Assembly (NCBI GenBank): GCA_002380425.1
Contig: DFUR01000105.1
Span: forward strand, 7,614 to 71,613
Length of the DNA stretch: 64,000 nucleotides
Reading direction: 5' to 3'
DNA from: Bacteroidales bacterium UBA4181
GTDB taxonomy: Bacteria; Bacteroidota; Bacteroidia; Bacteroidales; UBA4181
The number at the start of each line of letters is the position of its first letter. Position 1 is the stretch's first letter. The notes beneath the pieces were generated by a model. That model searched no databases. It was not told where the DNA came from and saw only the letters and a program-made list of their open reading frames with translations. Shown one piece after another: positions 47,451-56,324 of the stretch. The position numbers and the translations under genes were made by a program.

Positions 47451-48023
47451 ATGAGCCGATCCGGACATATCTTTCCCGATATTATGTGGCGGTTTCCGTT
47501 TCTGTACCTGCTGTTGCTCCTTTCCTGCCAGAACAGCCTGGAAGATATTGAGCAGACTGTCGGGGAGAAGCGTCTCCCGGATATGTCGGGAGAGCATGCA
47601 ATGGTGTATTACTCTGATTCTGCCGTGATTCAGTTACGTATGGAGGCCCCGCTTGTGGAACGTTATGCTTCGGAAGATGATCCGGTAACCTACTTTCCCA
47701 AGGGAGTCAAGGCCGTTTTCTACGGAAAAACCGGTAAGGAAGAGGCAACGCTGACGGCACAATGGGGGGCTCGTTATGAAAAAAAGGACCTCTGGGAAGT
47801 GCGTGGTAAGGTGACGTATGTGAATGTTTCAGGAGAGAAAATTCAAACGGAGCAAGCCTTCTGGAATGAACGGAAAGAGCAGATATATTCCGATAAATAC
47901 ACCCGGTTCACGGATGCCAATCAAAATGTCCTGATTGGTGAGAAGGGCTTTGATGCCAAAGAGGACCTCTCGGAATGGAAGATGCGTCAGAATCGCAAGA
48001 GCCAGGTCATCGTGAAGGAATAA
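47451..48023 (+). CDS. lptC: LPS export periplasmic protein LptC-like
   Basis: 190 aa with an N-terminal anchor. The fold pattern is LptC/OstA-like (MVYYSDSAVIQLRMEAPLVERY..., VRGKVTYVNVSGEKIQTEQAFWNERKEQIYSD). Confidence 0.65.
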   Translation: MSRSGHIFPDIMWRFPFLYLLLLLSCQNSLEDIEQTVGEKRLPDMSGEHAMVYYSDSAVIQLRMEAPLVERYASEDDPVTYFPKGVKAVFYGKTGKEEATLTAQWGARYEKKDLWEVRGKVTYVNVSGEKIQTEQAFWNERKEQIYSDKYTRFTDANQNVLIGEKGFDAKEDLSEWKMRQNRKSQVIVKE

Positions 48024-49497
48024 CCCTGTGCATCCATTCTTTCCAATGCTCATACGCTTCAGTCACTGCAGTGTGGTTCCCGGCTGCGGGGGTAACACAA
48101 CCCGTGGGGCGGAGGAAGGCAAATGCCTCCTGGCGTGACGCAAACAAGCCGGAACCCATACCTGCACCCAGTGCAGCCCCGATGGCTCCATCGGTGTCAT
48201 ACAACTCAATGCTTGCTCCTGTAACGTCTGCAAGCGTTTGCCTGAATACCTCACTCTGAAACATATTGGCATTTCCGGCGCGGATTCTATGCGTCCGGAC
48301 GCCCATGTCCTGCATCACATCCAGCCCATAAGCAAATGCAAAGGCGATGCCTTCTTGTGCTGCTCTGAACAGATGCGCAGAGCAGTGGACCGGGAAGTGA
48401 AGGTTGCAGACGCTGCATCCCGGGGTGATATTGCCCAGCATTCGTTCAGCTCCGTTCCCAAATGGAAGCACCACCAGCCCATCGGAACCAATCCGGACTT
48501 CTGCCGCTTTCTGGTTCATCTGGTCATAGCTGAGCCCATGGGCCAACTGGTTGTGCAGCCAGGCATTCAGGATGCCCACACCGTTGATGCACAAAAGGAT
48601 GCCAAGCCTTGGCTGATTGGGTTGGTGGTTCACATGGGCGAAGGTGTTGACTCGTCCCTGTGGGTCGGCCACCAACTGATCGCTTACTCCGTACACCACC
48701 CCTGAGGTCCCTGCCGTAGCCGCGACTTCTCCGGGATCGAGCACATTCAGGGAAAGCGCATTGTTGGGTTGATCTCCGGCACGGTAGGATACCGGGATAC
48801 CCGGGCGTAGGCCTAGGAAACCGGCAGCCTCTGCCGTCAGCCGGCCTTGTTCGCCAAATGTTGGGACCAGGGAGGGCAGCAGGTCCGGGTTGATATCCAG
48901 ACTTCTGAGGAGGTGTGTGCCGGGCTGATGTTTCGGAAAATCCCACAGAATGCCCTCCGAAAGCCCTGAGGCAGTGGTGGTGATCTCCCCAGTCAGTTTC
49001 AGGGCGATATAGTCCCCGGGCAGCATGATTTTATGGATGCGGCTGAACACTTCGGGCTCGTGTTGCTGTACCCAACGGAGCTTAGAAGCGGTAAAATTTC
49101 CCGGACTGTTCAGCAGATGCTCCAGGCAGTAGTTCTCGCCCAGAGTACGTCCCATTTCTCTGCCTGTTTCCACGGCCCTGCTGTCGCACCAGATGATTGC
49201 CGGACGAAGCAAGTTGTGCCGTTTGTCCACGCACACCAGCCCGTGCATTTGGTAGGAGATACCAATGGCTTCAATATCTTCAGGGTTGATGCTCTGCTGC
49301 GAAAGCAGTGAACGGGCCGCCTCACCCAGATACTGCCACCACAAGGCTGGATCCTGTTCGGCCCAGCCGGTTTCGGGGGCCTGAATCGGCATTTCTGTGC
49401 GGGGCGCAAAAGTTCGGGCAATGCAAACATTGCGTTCCCTGTCCAGTAGAGCAGCTTTTACTGATGAACTTCCAATATCGAACCCAATGAGATACAT
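48007..49497 (-). CDS. xylB: FGGY-family carbohydrate kinase, xylulokinase-like
   Basis: MYLIGFDIGSSSVKAALLD is the FGGY N-motif, and the C-terminal FGGY domain is present (GGGAxS-type region AIGAALGAG). Length is 496 aa. Substrate assignment is tentative because no xylA is nearby. Confidence 0.7.
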   Translation of the reverse strand: MYLIGFDIGSSSVKAALLDRERNVCIARTFAPRTEMPIQAPETGWAEQDPALWWQYLGEAARSLLSQQSINPEDIEAIGISYQMHGLVCVDKRHNLLRPAIIWCDSRAVETGREMGRTLGENYCLEHLLNSPGNFTASKLRWVQQHEPEVFSRIHKIMLPGDYIALKLTGEITTTASGLSEGILWDFPKHQPGTHLLRSLDINPDLLPSLVPTFGEQGRLTAEAAGFLGLRPGIPVSYRAGDQPNNALSLNVLDPGEVAATAGTSGVVYGVSDQLVADPQGRVNTFAHVNHQPNQPRLGILLCINGVGILNAWLHNQLAHGLSYDQMNQKAAEVRIGSDGLVVLPFGNGAERMLGNITPGCSVCNLHFPVHCSAHLFRAAQEGIAFAFAYGLDVMQDMGVRTHRIRAGNANMFQSEVFRQTLADVTGASIELYDTDGAIGAALGAGMGSGLFASRQEAFAFLRPTGCVTPAAGNHTAVTEAYEHWKEWMHRVIPSR

Positions 49498-49545
49498 AGA
49501 CCTGAGTGAGGATGCAGGCCAGAAATGCTATCTGACCACGGGTTT

Positions 49546-50148
49546 CTATTTTTTCTTTCCCTGAGCATACCGGGCGTTGATGCCCTTAAGCACATCCTGA
49601 GTGATGTCCAGAGTTGGGTGGGCGTACAGCAAGGCTCCTCCAAAGGTGTTGGAGAAAATAAACTGGTAGCCCTTGTCGCTGTTGTAGGTCCGGAGATACT
49701 CCATAATGTCGTTAAGAACTTTGCGGTTGGTGACCACTTCTTCTTCGGCAAGTTCCTGAGCATATTGATTCTGAAGTTGTACGAGCGCCTGTTCGTTCTG
49801 GACCAGCTGGTTCTGCATGGTTTCGAGGGTGGACCGGGTTTCCAGACCCTTGTTGGCTTTATTCTGGAAGTCAGCCACATCTGCCTGATGTTTCCGGGCT
49901 TTGGTGCCGAGTTCGGCTTCCCTTTTTTCCATTTTTCCCTGAAGCTCCTTACGCAGGTCAATAAACATCTGGTAATTTTGAACCAGGGTATCAACATTGA
50001 TGTAAGCCAGACTGGCATTCAAGGTGTCGGCACCCGACAGCACAGCCTCACCAGGAGTTACATTTCTACTGCCCGTGCCTGTGAAGTGAAGGATGAACAG
50101 AACAACAACGGCAACAGCCAGCACTCCCTGAATGATGTAATTTCTCAT
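49546..50148 (-). CDS. OmpH/Skp-family periplasmic chaperone
   Basis: 200 aa with an N-terminal signal/anchor and a long coiled coil (FIDLRKELQGKMEKREAELGTKARKHQADVADFQNKANKG). Confidence 0.85.
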   Translation of the reverse strand: MRNYIIQGVLAVAVVVLFILHFTGTGSRNVTPGEAVLSGADTLNASLAYINVDTLVQNYQMFIDLRKELQGKMEKREAELGTKARKHQADVADFQNKANKGLETRSTLETMQNQLVQNEQALVQLQNQYAQELAEEEVVTNRKVLNDIMEYLRTYNSDKGYQFIFSNTFGGALLYAHPTLDITQDVLKGINARYAQGKKK

Positions 50149-50179
50149 AACGGTATCATGATTATTTGTTTCGCGGAGA

Positions 50180-50211
50180 CAAACCTACGTGATTCAGACG
50201 ACATTCACAAA
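50180..50211 (-). promoter_or_regulatory. consensus Bacteroidota promoter TTTG-N20-TAGGTTTG for skp
   Basis: The plus strand has CAAACCTA at 50180..50187 and CAAA at 50208..50211, separated by exactly 20 nt. The -7 box lies 32 nt upstream of the skp ATG. Confidence 0.55.
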
Positions 50212-50224
50212 CAAAATTGAACAC

Positions 50225-50965
50225 TCACCAAAGATAGTACACAGAGTAGATCATATGCGTCAGGCCGAAAGCAGCCAGGTTGGAACCGGTTACCACTAAG
50301 GAAGTGCGTATCATGGAGATGTGTCTTCGGTTGGAGATGAATATCAGCGCACCTTCTGACCAGGAACACAGCACAAACAGGGCAATGGCTGTGATGGGCA
50401 CGTGCCAGGACAGGAGGGCTGAAAACAGGAAGGCCCCGACAAATGCGGGGAACACCTTCCAGGGAAAGCGTCCGGTGGAGTATATCAGCAGGGCTGAGAG
50501 TACCTTGAGGCACAGAAACACAGCCAGGAAGAACAGCCGGCTCCCGGCAACGGATTCTTTCACGGGAAACAGATGGTCGGTGGACCGGACCTGTAAAGTG
50601 CCCTCTTCCATGAAGGCCACAAAATTCTTGCGGCAGGAATGGGCTGAAACCGGTTCGGAAAGCAGGACCGTGTCTGGCTGGGTGATGCGCAACTGAAATC
50701 TTTGTCGGCCACGGCTGTGAAAGAAGTAGCTGGATGTTCCGGGCCCTTCCGGTCTTGCTGAACTCCAGCCTGGAAGGGTGTCGGCTCCGGCTTCCGAAAG
50801 GATGCAGACACCCAGCACAGGGATGCTGTCCGGAGACAGACCCTGCATTTCGACCTCAGCTGTATAGCCCCGTCGGTCTTCGCGTGCGCCCTCAAGCAGA
50901 CACCCCGAAAAGGTGAGCGTAAGCAGTAAAAAGGTTCCTGTCAGTAATGTGCGGGCAGAAATCAT
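50225..50965 (-). CDS. lipoprotein-anchored domain plus four C-terminal TM helices, function unknown
   Basis: The likely start is ATG 50965, giving MISARTLLTGTFLLLTLTFSGC (lipobox). A roughly 130-aa soluble domain is followed by four hydrophobic helices. It is the last gene of the glycolipid-modification-like operon, and I recognise no family motif. Confidence 0.5.
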   Translation of the reverse strand: MISARTLLTGTFLLLTLTFSGCLLEGAREDRRGYTAEVEMQGLSPDSIPVLGVCILSEAGADTLPGWSSARPEGPGTSSYFFHSRGRQRFQLRITQPDTVLLSEPVSAHSCRKNFVAFMEEGTLQVRSTDHLFPVKESVAGSRLFFLAVFLCLKVLSALLIYSTGRFPWKVFPAFVGAFLFSALLSWHVPITAIALFVLCSWSEGALIFISNRRHISMIRTSLVVTGSNLAAFGLTHMIYSVYYLW

Positions 50966-51001
50966 GCTCCAAAAATAAGCAACATCCTGAATAAATGGCA
51001 C

Positions 51002-51874
51002 TCAGGAGTCATTTTTCTCATCAAGTATCCAGGAAGTCTTGAAGTGATACACCAAGCCAGGCAGGGATCCTGTGACGGTGATGAGGTAAAACAGAATACT
51101 GATGCTCACCGAGGAGTTGGGGTCCAGGAGCAACAGTGGGCTCCCGGTCACAAAAACCAGCTCGCGTGCACCCAGCCCTCCGATGGTGAAAGGCAGGACA
51201 GCCACCACAGATGAGATCATAAACAGCACCAGTAGTCCGGCATCCTGTCCGTGGATGCCCAAGGCCCGGATGATGCAGAAAACGCTTACACACTGTAACC
51301 CCTGAACCAGTACGGAGTACAGAGAGGTGATGTGGCTCAGGGAAATAAATTCTTTGAAGAAGTGCTTGATGGCGAACACGTACAGACCGTATCCGATGGG
51401 CACAGACAAGGGGGCTGCCCATTTCACCCAGAGGGGGAGGGGCAGCAGCAGTAGGGACAAGAGGGAGAGAGCTACAATGGCCAGCATGCCGTTTATGCGG
51501 TCCAGAAGTACTGCGAAGGTGAGGCTTTTGGCTGAAACCTGGGTGCGCTGATGCAGCCAGTACACCTTATACCCGTCCCCCCCGATCCCTCCGGGCAGGA
51601 AAAGATTGTAAAACATGCCCAGCAGATATAGCCTGAGGTTTGCCCATCTGGATAGGTGAATGCCGATGGCCCCGAAATACAGGTTCAAACGGTCTGAAGA
51701 TACCATTTTAGACAGGACAAAAAATACCCACGCGGGAATCAGCCAGAGCCAGCCGGCTTGTTTCAGGACCATACCCGTAGCCCGGAGATCAATGCGCGAG
51801 AGCACATACCAGCACAGAAGGCCCGTGACAGCCAGTTTTGCAGCCGTCAGGCTCCATCTTCTAAGCTTCTTCAC
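51002..51874 (-). CDS. UPF0104 / MprF-flippase-like (lysylphosphatidylglycerol synthase TM region) membrane protein
   Basis: It is polytopic, with K/R-rich start VKKLRRWSLTAAKLAVTGLLCWYVLSRIDL, plus LPGGIGGDGYKVYWL and TIGGLGARE motifs typical of this family. The ORF runs to 51952 (ATG), but GTG 51874 reduces the overlap with the upstream gene to 14 nt. Confidence 0.65.
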   Translation of the reverse strand: MKKLRRWSLTAAKLAVTGLLCWYVLSRIDLRATGMVLKQAGWLWLIPAWVFFVLSKMVSSDRLNLYFGAIGIHLSRWANLRLYLLGMFYNLFLPGGIGGDGYKVYWLHQRTQVSAKSLTFAVLLDRINGMLAIVALSLLSLLLLPLPLWVKWAAPLSVPIGYGLYVFAIKHFFKEFISLSHITSLYSVLVQGLQCVSVFCIIRALGIHGQDAGLLVLFMISSVVAVLPFTIGGLGARELVFVTGSPLLLLDPNSSVSISILFYLITVTGSLPGLVYHFKTSWILDEKNDS

Positions 51875-52814
51875 TTTCGGGAAAGATTCTTTTAACGGAG
51901 TACTGCTTCTTCTCAGGCAGATTGAAGTAAATCCTGATGAGCAACTCGGCAATGATACCCAGAACCACGAAGATAATGCCGGTTAGAATCAGCAGAACGC
52001 CCAGGGTCAATAGCGGTTTGTTGCCTATATCCTGCCCCATAATCTTTAGTACAAACAGATAGGCCAGAATCAGGAAGCCCGGGAGCAGGGACAGCAAACC
52101 TATGCCACCGAAGAGGTGCATCGGCTTCTGCATGTATTTCTGAAAAAACAAAATTAGAATCAAGTCACTGGTCACTTTGAAGGTTCGGTTGATACCATAT
52201 TTGGATGTTCCAAAGCGACGGGGGTGGTGCAGTACATCCACCTGGGTGATTTTGGCTCCCTTCAGGCTGGCCAGCACCGGGATAAACCGATGCAGTTCCC
52301 CGTAGATGCCTAGGTCTTTGGCGTATTCACTGCGAAAAACCTTCAGGGTGCATCCATAATCCCGGATGTGCACCCCTGTCTGATGCCGTATGAGGGCGTT
52401 GGCCAGCTTGCTGGGAATCTTGCGGAGCAGCATTCCGTCCTGCCGGTTCTTTCTGTTCCCGGCTACCACATCCCATTCTTCCTTCTTCAGTTTGTGCAGC
52501 ATCATCGGGATGTCCCGGGGGTCGTTCTGCAAATCCCCGTCCATGAGGGCAATGAACCGGCCACAAGCTTCATCAATTCCGGCGGTCATGGCGGTACTCT
52601 GACCATAATTCTTGCGCAGCTCTACCATCCGAACCCTTTCGTGGGCATAAGTGCGAACTTCTTCCCTGGTGCGGTCTGTGGAGCCATCGTCCACCAGAAT
52701 GAGTTCATAGTCAATATCCCGAAGGGCTTCATCCACCTGCTGAATCAGGGGCGCGATGTTTTCCTGTTCGTTATAGACGGTGACTACAACCGAGAGTTCT
52801 TTGGGGTTTCTCAT
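51861..52814 (-). CDS. GT2 polyprenyl-phosphate glycosyltransferase (ArnC/GtrB/DPM1-like)
   Basis: It carries VVVTVYNEQENI, LILVDDGSTDRT and DGDLQNDP (DxD), plus two C-terminal TM helices. Length is 317 aa. Confidence 0.9.
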   Translation of the reverse strand: MRNPKELSVVVTVYNEQENIAPLIQQVDEALRDIDYELILVDDGSTDRTREEVRTYAHERVRMVELRKNYGQSTAMTAGIDEACGRFIALMDGDLQNDPRDIPMMLHKLKKEEWDVVAGNRKNRQDGMLLRKIPSKLANALIRHQTGVHIRDYGCTLKVFRSEYAKDLGIYGELHRFIPVLASLKGAKITQVDVLHHPRRFGTSKYGINRTFKVTSDLILILFFQKYMQKPMHLFGGIGLLSLLPGFLILAYLFVLKIMGQDIGNKPLLTLGVLLILTGIIFVVLGIIAELLIRIYFNLPEKKQYSVKRIFPESEEA

Positions 52815-54727
52815 AAGGATCCGGGTTGAGATAAACGTTGGAATTGCATGAGATAGATATTTTGTCGCATATCATTGAACGCATCGGAGGTGGAATCAGC
52901 CTTGCTGTAGCTGTAGCGATTCTCTGCCCACGAGGAGAAGGAGGACATTTCCTTGCTCCCCACCAGCACGAACCCATGCTCAGGAAGCTGGTTCTCGATG
53001 TTTTCAAAGCGGTTGTTGAGGTAGAAACTCAGACCGTAGAATCCGGTGCGGAAAAAGTATACATCGCGGGGCAGAATGTTATGGGCATGAATCTCCCTGG
53101 CAAAAGTCCGGGACGACGTGGCCCTGGCAATTCCCGGCATCAGCAGGCCGTTGAGCACGACATACAAACCTGCCAGGCAGATGCCGCACCGGATCATCAG
53201 GTCGCTGGCAGGAAGGCTTCTTGCCGAAGCAACTGAGGGATGGGATGCTGCAAGACCTTCCGAATGGGTTGCAGGTGTACTTTCGATAGAGGGAGCTTGT
53301 CGGCACAGCCCGAAGAGCAGCCAGAGGCAGGCCCCCCAGCCAGCGATGGTCGCCCATAGTCCCATCCAGAACTCTGTCTGGTACAGGTGGGAGAAAATGT
53401 GGAGGTAAAAGGCCGGAGCACTTCCGGGGACCATACCCGGCAGAGAGGGCCATCGGATGATGTTCAGCACCAGCAGAGAAATCAACACAAACAGCCCCAA
53501 AATCCCCAGCACCCGGGCGCAAATCCTGATCAGTCGTGGCCTTTGTTCTGCCAAATATGCAGCAATCTCTGCTACAAAAAGACTCAGGAATGGGTATGCA
53601 GGCATCAGATATACGTCTCTTTTGCTCGCTGGAATGGCGTAAAAGAACAGAATGCACAACACGGCAATCAGGCTGAACTGGCGGTGTCGGGGCTGAGCAT
53701 CCAGCCACGAACGCAAAAGCGGCAGGTACTTATTCCGGATGGAGGGCAATATACCTTTTGGAGAGCGTCCGGAAGTTGGTTTGTTCCCCAACTTCAGCCA
53801 TGGAAGCCTCAGCAGTGGCAGGAGCGTCCAGGGGAGGAATCCCCAGCAAAGGGAGGCCAGCATATAGAACACAGAATGTTCGTGGGTTCCGCCAATAGTC
53901 ATCTTTCCGGTGAAACGGGCCAGATTCTCATCAATCACCACTGCCAGAAAACGTTCCCCTCCCTGAAGGTAGGCGGCAACATACCATAAGGCGGGCAACA
54001 CTGCTGCTACTGGGACCAATCTGAACATAGCCCCGGTAATGCACCACAGGGAGTCTTTAAGCAGCAGCATATAGATGGTGAATACGAAACAGGGCAGGAC
54101 AATGCCTACCGGGCCCTTGGTCAGGGTGGACAGGCCCAACAGCAGGGCGGCTCCCCACGGAATTCCCTTCAGGCCCTTTTCTTTCCAACGAAACAGTGCC
54201 AGCATGCCGGCAACCATCAGCACGGTGAGCAGCATATCCACCCGGGCAGCTGTGCTCCCCCGGAAGAAAAGAAAGCAGGTAGCCAGCACGATGGCAGACA
54301 GCCATGCCAGATGCCTGCCCGCCCGGCCAGAGAGAAAGACAAACCAGATGCTGCACAAAACAATATAACTCAATGCAGAAGGAAGACGGGATGTTGCTTC
54401 GGTAACCTCTCCCCCTGGCAGAGAAAAAAGAGATATCATCCAATGGGTGAGCGGTGGCTTGGTGGCCTCATCATCTCCGTATCGTTCCGGGAGAATCCAG
54501 TTCCCCGATGCCAGCATGGCCTGGGCTGTGATGGCCTCCCGCGGCTCCCCCCGGGAATGGAAGGGCCTCTGGCCCAGCCAGGGGAGGGTAAGCATCGTAC
54601 AGAGCGCAACAATCATCCAGAGGGAACGGCTGGAAAGCGGATGCCCGACTCTTTCTGTATGCGTCCCGAGATTGGAAAAAGCTCTGAATTGTGCCATGAT
54701 CCCTGAAATTTTCTGTGGATGAACCAT
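52811..54727 (-). CDS. GT-C fold glycosyltransferase, ArnT/PMT_2-like (paralogue 1)
   Basis: 638 aa with more than 10 TM helices. The first periplasmic loop, GEPREAITAQAMLASGNWILPERYGDDEATKPPL, resembles the ArnT D/E-x-R-Y...SGDW(I/L)xP motif. It overlaps the GT2 gene by 4 nt. Confidence 0.8.
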   Translation of the reverse strand: MVHPQKISGIMAQFRAFSNLGTHTERVGHPLSSRSLWMIVALCTMLTLPWLGQRPFHSRGEPREAITAQAMLASGNWILPERYGDDEATKPPLTHWMISLFSLPGGEVTEATSRLPSALSYIVLCSIWFVFLSGRAGRHLAWLSAIVLATCFLFFRGSTAARVDMLLTVLMVAGMLALFRWKEKGLKGIPWGAALLLGLSTLTKGPVGIVLPCFVFTIYMLLLKDSLWCITGAMFRLVPVAAVLPALWYVAAYLQGGERFLAVVIDENLARFTGKMTIGGTHEHSVFYMLASLCWGFLPWTLLPLLRLPWLKLGNKPTSGRSPKGILPSIRNKYLPLLRSWLDAQPRHRQFSLIAVLCILFFYAIPASKRDVYLMPAYPFLSLFVAEIAAYLAEQRPRLIRICARVLGILGLFVLISLLVLNIIRWPSLPGMVPGSAPAFYLHIFSHLYQTEFWMGLWATIAGWGACLWLLFGLCRQAPSIESTPATHSEGLAASHPSVASARSLPASDLMIRCGICLAGLYVVLNGLLMPGIARATSSRTFAREIHAHNILPRDVYFFRTGFYGLSFYLNNRFENIENQLPEHGFVLVGSKEMSSFSSWAENRYSYSKADSTSDAFNDMRQNIYLMQFQRLSQPGSL

Positions 54728-54758
54728 CCCTGAACGGATGCGAAATTACGAAAAGGAA

Positions 54759-56324
54759 TCAGAATTCAATCACGGAATACTTTCCCGAAGAATGCGTTTT
54801 GGTGCTGACAACGTTTTGCAGGATCTCCGGATGCGTCTTGATGTCATGATTGTCAATGATGATAAGCTGTTTCTCGGGAGTCTGGACGAGCCCCGGGTCG
54901 TCCACAGGCAGCAACTCGTGGTTGATGTACAGAGATAGAAATTCTGCACTACGGTACGGATGGTAATAGATGACTTTAACGTGATACGTTCCGGCAAGCT
55001 TGTCGGCAAGTTCAGCCACTTGCTGCATTCCGATGTACCCGTTGACCCGGGGAATGGCAAACGAAGCCGTGAAGATTCCGGCCAGAAGTCCCAATGCAAG
55101 GGCCAAAACTTTGGTGTGGAATTGCTCCCTTTTGAGCCAGAGGCTGTATGCTGCACATCCGGAGATGATGATCAGCCCGGCCAGCACCCAGGGGAGGGTG
55201 CCATTCGGAACATTCATAAAATTCATTGCTACGAGAAATCCCGGGAGTGCCAGCACCAAAAGCACCTGTGGTACCAGTAGGCTGATTCGGCTCCAGTTCT
55301 TGCCTTCATCCTTTTTGAAAATCATCAGAGAAAGATATGCCAGGAATGGATATATCGGGAGGAGGTAAATTTCCACTTTGGAACTCATGGCCGACATGAA
55401 TACAAAAGTTGCGGCAACTACGGAAGTGAAGCATTTTTCCATGTCCGATTGAATAAGCTTCTTCCGGATGGCATAAACAAGGGCTGCCAGGTAGAAGAGA
55501 ATCCACGGGGCCATGGCGTACCACATAGTTACCAAATAGTAATACACGGCCTCCTTGTGGTGGAAGGAGTGAACGGCCCTGCCAAAGGTTTGTTTAAACA
55601 GAAGGTTATTGAGGTATCCTGCCCCGCATTCCATATATGCGCCGAGCCACCATATGGCGGTAAGCCCTGCAAACAGGAGTATTTGGGGAATGCCGATATA
55701 CCTGAAGATATGATGAGCCTGTCTTTTCCAAAGCAAAAAGACTCCGATACCCAGCAGGGGAATCACCGCCCCAACCGGCCATTTGGTGAACATGCCCAGA
55801 AACAGATACACCGGCAGGAGCCATTTATCCCATGGTTGGGCTGTTCCTTCATATATTTTAAAAAAGGTGTACAGGGAGAGCACCACAAAAAGGGTCATCA
55901 GCATATCCATACGGACAATCACCGCTGAGGCCAGGAACATTCCGGAGGTAAACAACATGGCTGCCGAAGTGGTGCGGTGGGTGGCTGACAACACCCCGGA
56001 AGTCCACTTGTTCATCACCCAAACAATCAGGAGTGCAGCGACCAGGCTCAACATTCCAAGGAGCAGCACGCTGAATGATCCAAACAGGGCCTTCTCGGCC
56101 ATCATCAGCCAGAAGAAGAAAGGGGGCTTGTCTGCATAACATTCCCCGTTGAGGAAGAAGGTGAAGAAGTGATGCCGGGACATAGCATCCTGAACAATAC
56201 CCACGTACCTAAGTTCGTTGGTGGGGGAAAAATCTCTGAGAGCAAGAAACGGAATCAGTAAGCCAAAGAAAAGAAGGTAAACGAGCCAGTTCTTCATACG
56301 GTTCAATTTATCTGCCCTCTTCAT
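54759..56324 (-). CDS. GT-C fold glycosyltransferase, ArnT/PMT_2-like (paralogue 2)
   Basis: 521 aa and polytopic, with first loop NELRYVGIVQDAMSRHHFFTFFLNGECYADKPPFFFW. The alternative start 56297 would remove the 17-nt overlap with the upstream gene. Confidence 0.8.
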   Translation of the reverse strand: MKRADKLNRMKNWLVYLLFFGLLIPFLALRDFSPTNELRYVGIVQDAMSRHHFFTFFLNGECYADKPPFFFWLMMAEKALFGSFSVLLLGMLSLVAALLIVWVMNKWTSGVLSATHRTTSAAMLFTSGMFLASAVIVRMDMLMTLFVVLSLYTFFKIYEGTAQPWDKWLLPVYLFLGMFTKWPVGAVIPLLGIGVFLLWKRQAHHIFRYIGIPQILLFAGLTAIWWLGAYMECGAGYLNNLLFKQTFGRAVHSFHHKEAVYYYLVTMWYAMAPWILFYLAALVYAIRKKLIQSDMEKCFTSVVAATFVFMSAMSSKVEIYLLPIYPFLAYLSLMIFKKDEGKNWSRISLLVPQVLLVLALPGFLVAMNFMNVPNGTLPWVLAGLIIISGCAAYSLWLKREQFHTKVLALALGLLAGIFTASFAIPRVNGYIGMQQVAELADKLAGTYHVKVIYYHPYRSAEFLSLYINHELLPVDDPGLVQTPEKQLIIIDNHDIKTHPEILQNVVSTKTHSSGKYSVIEF

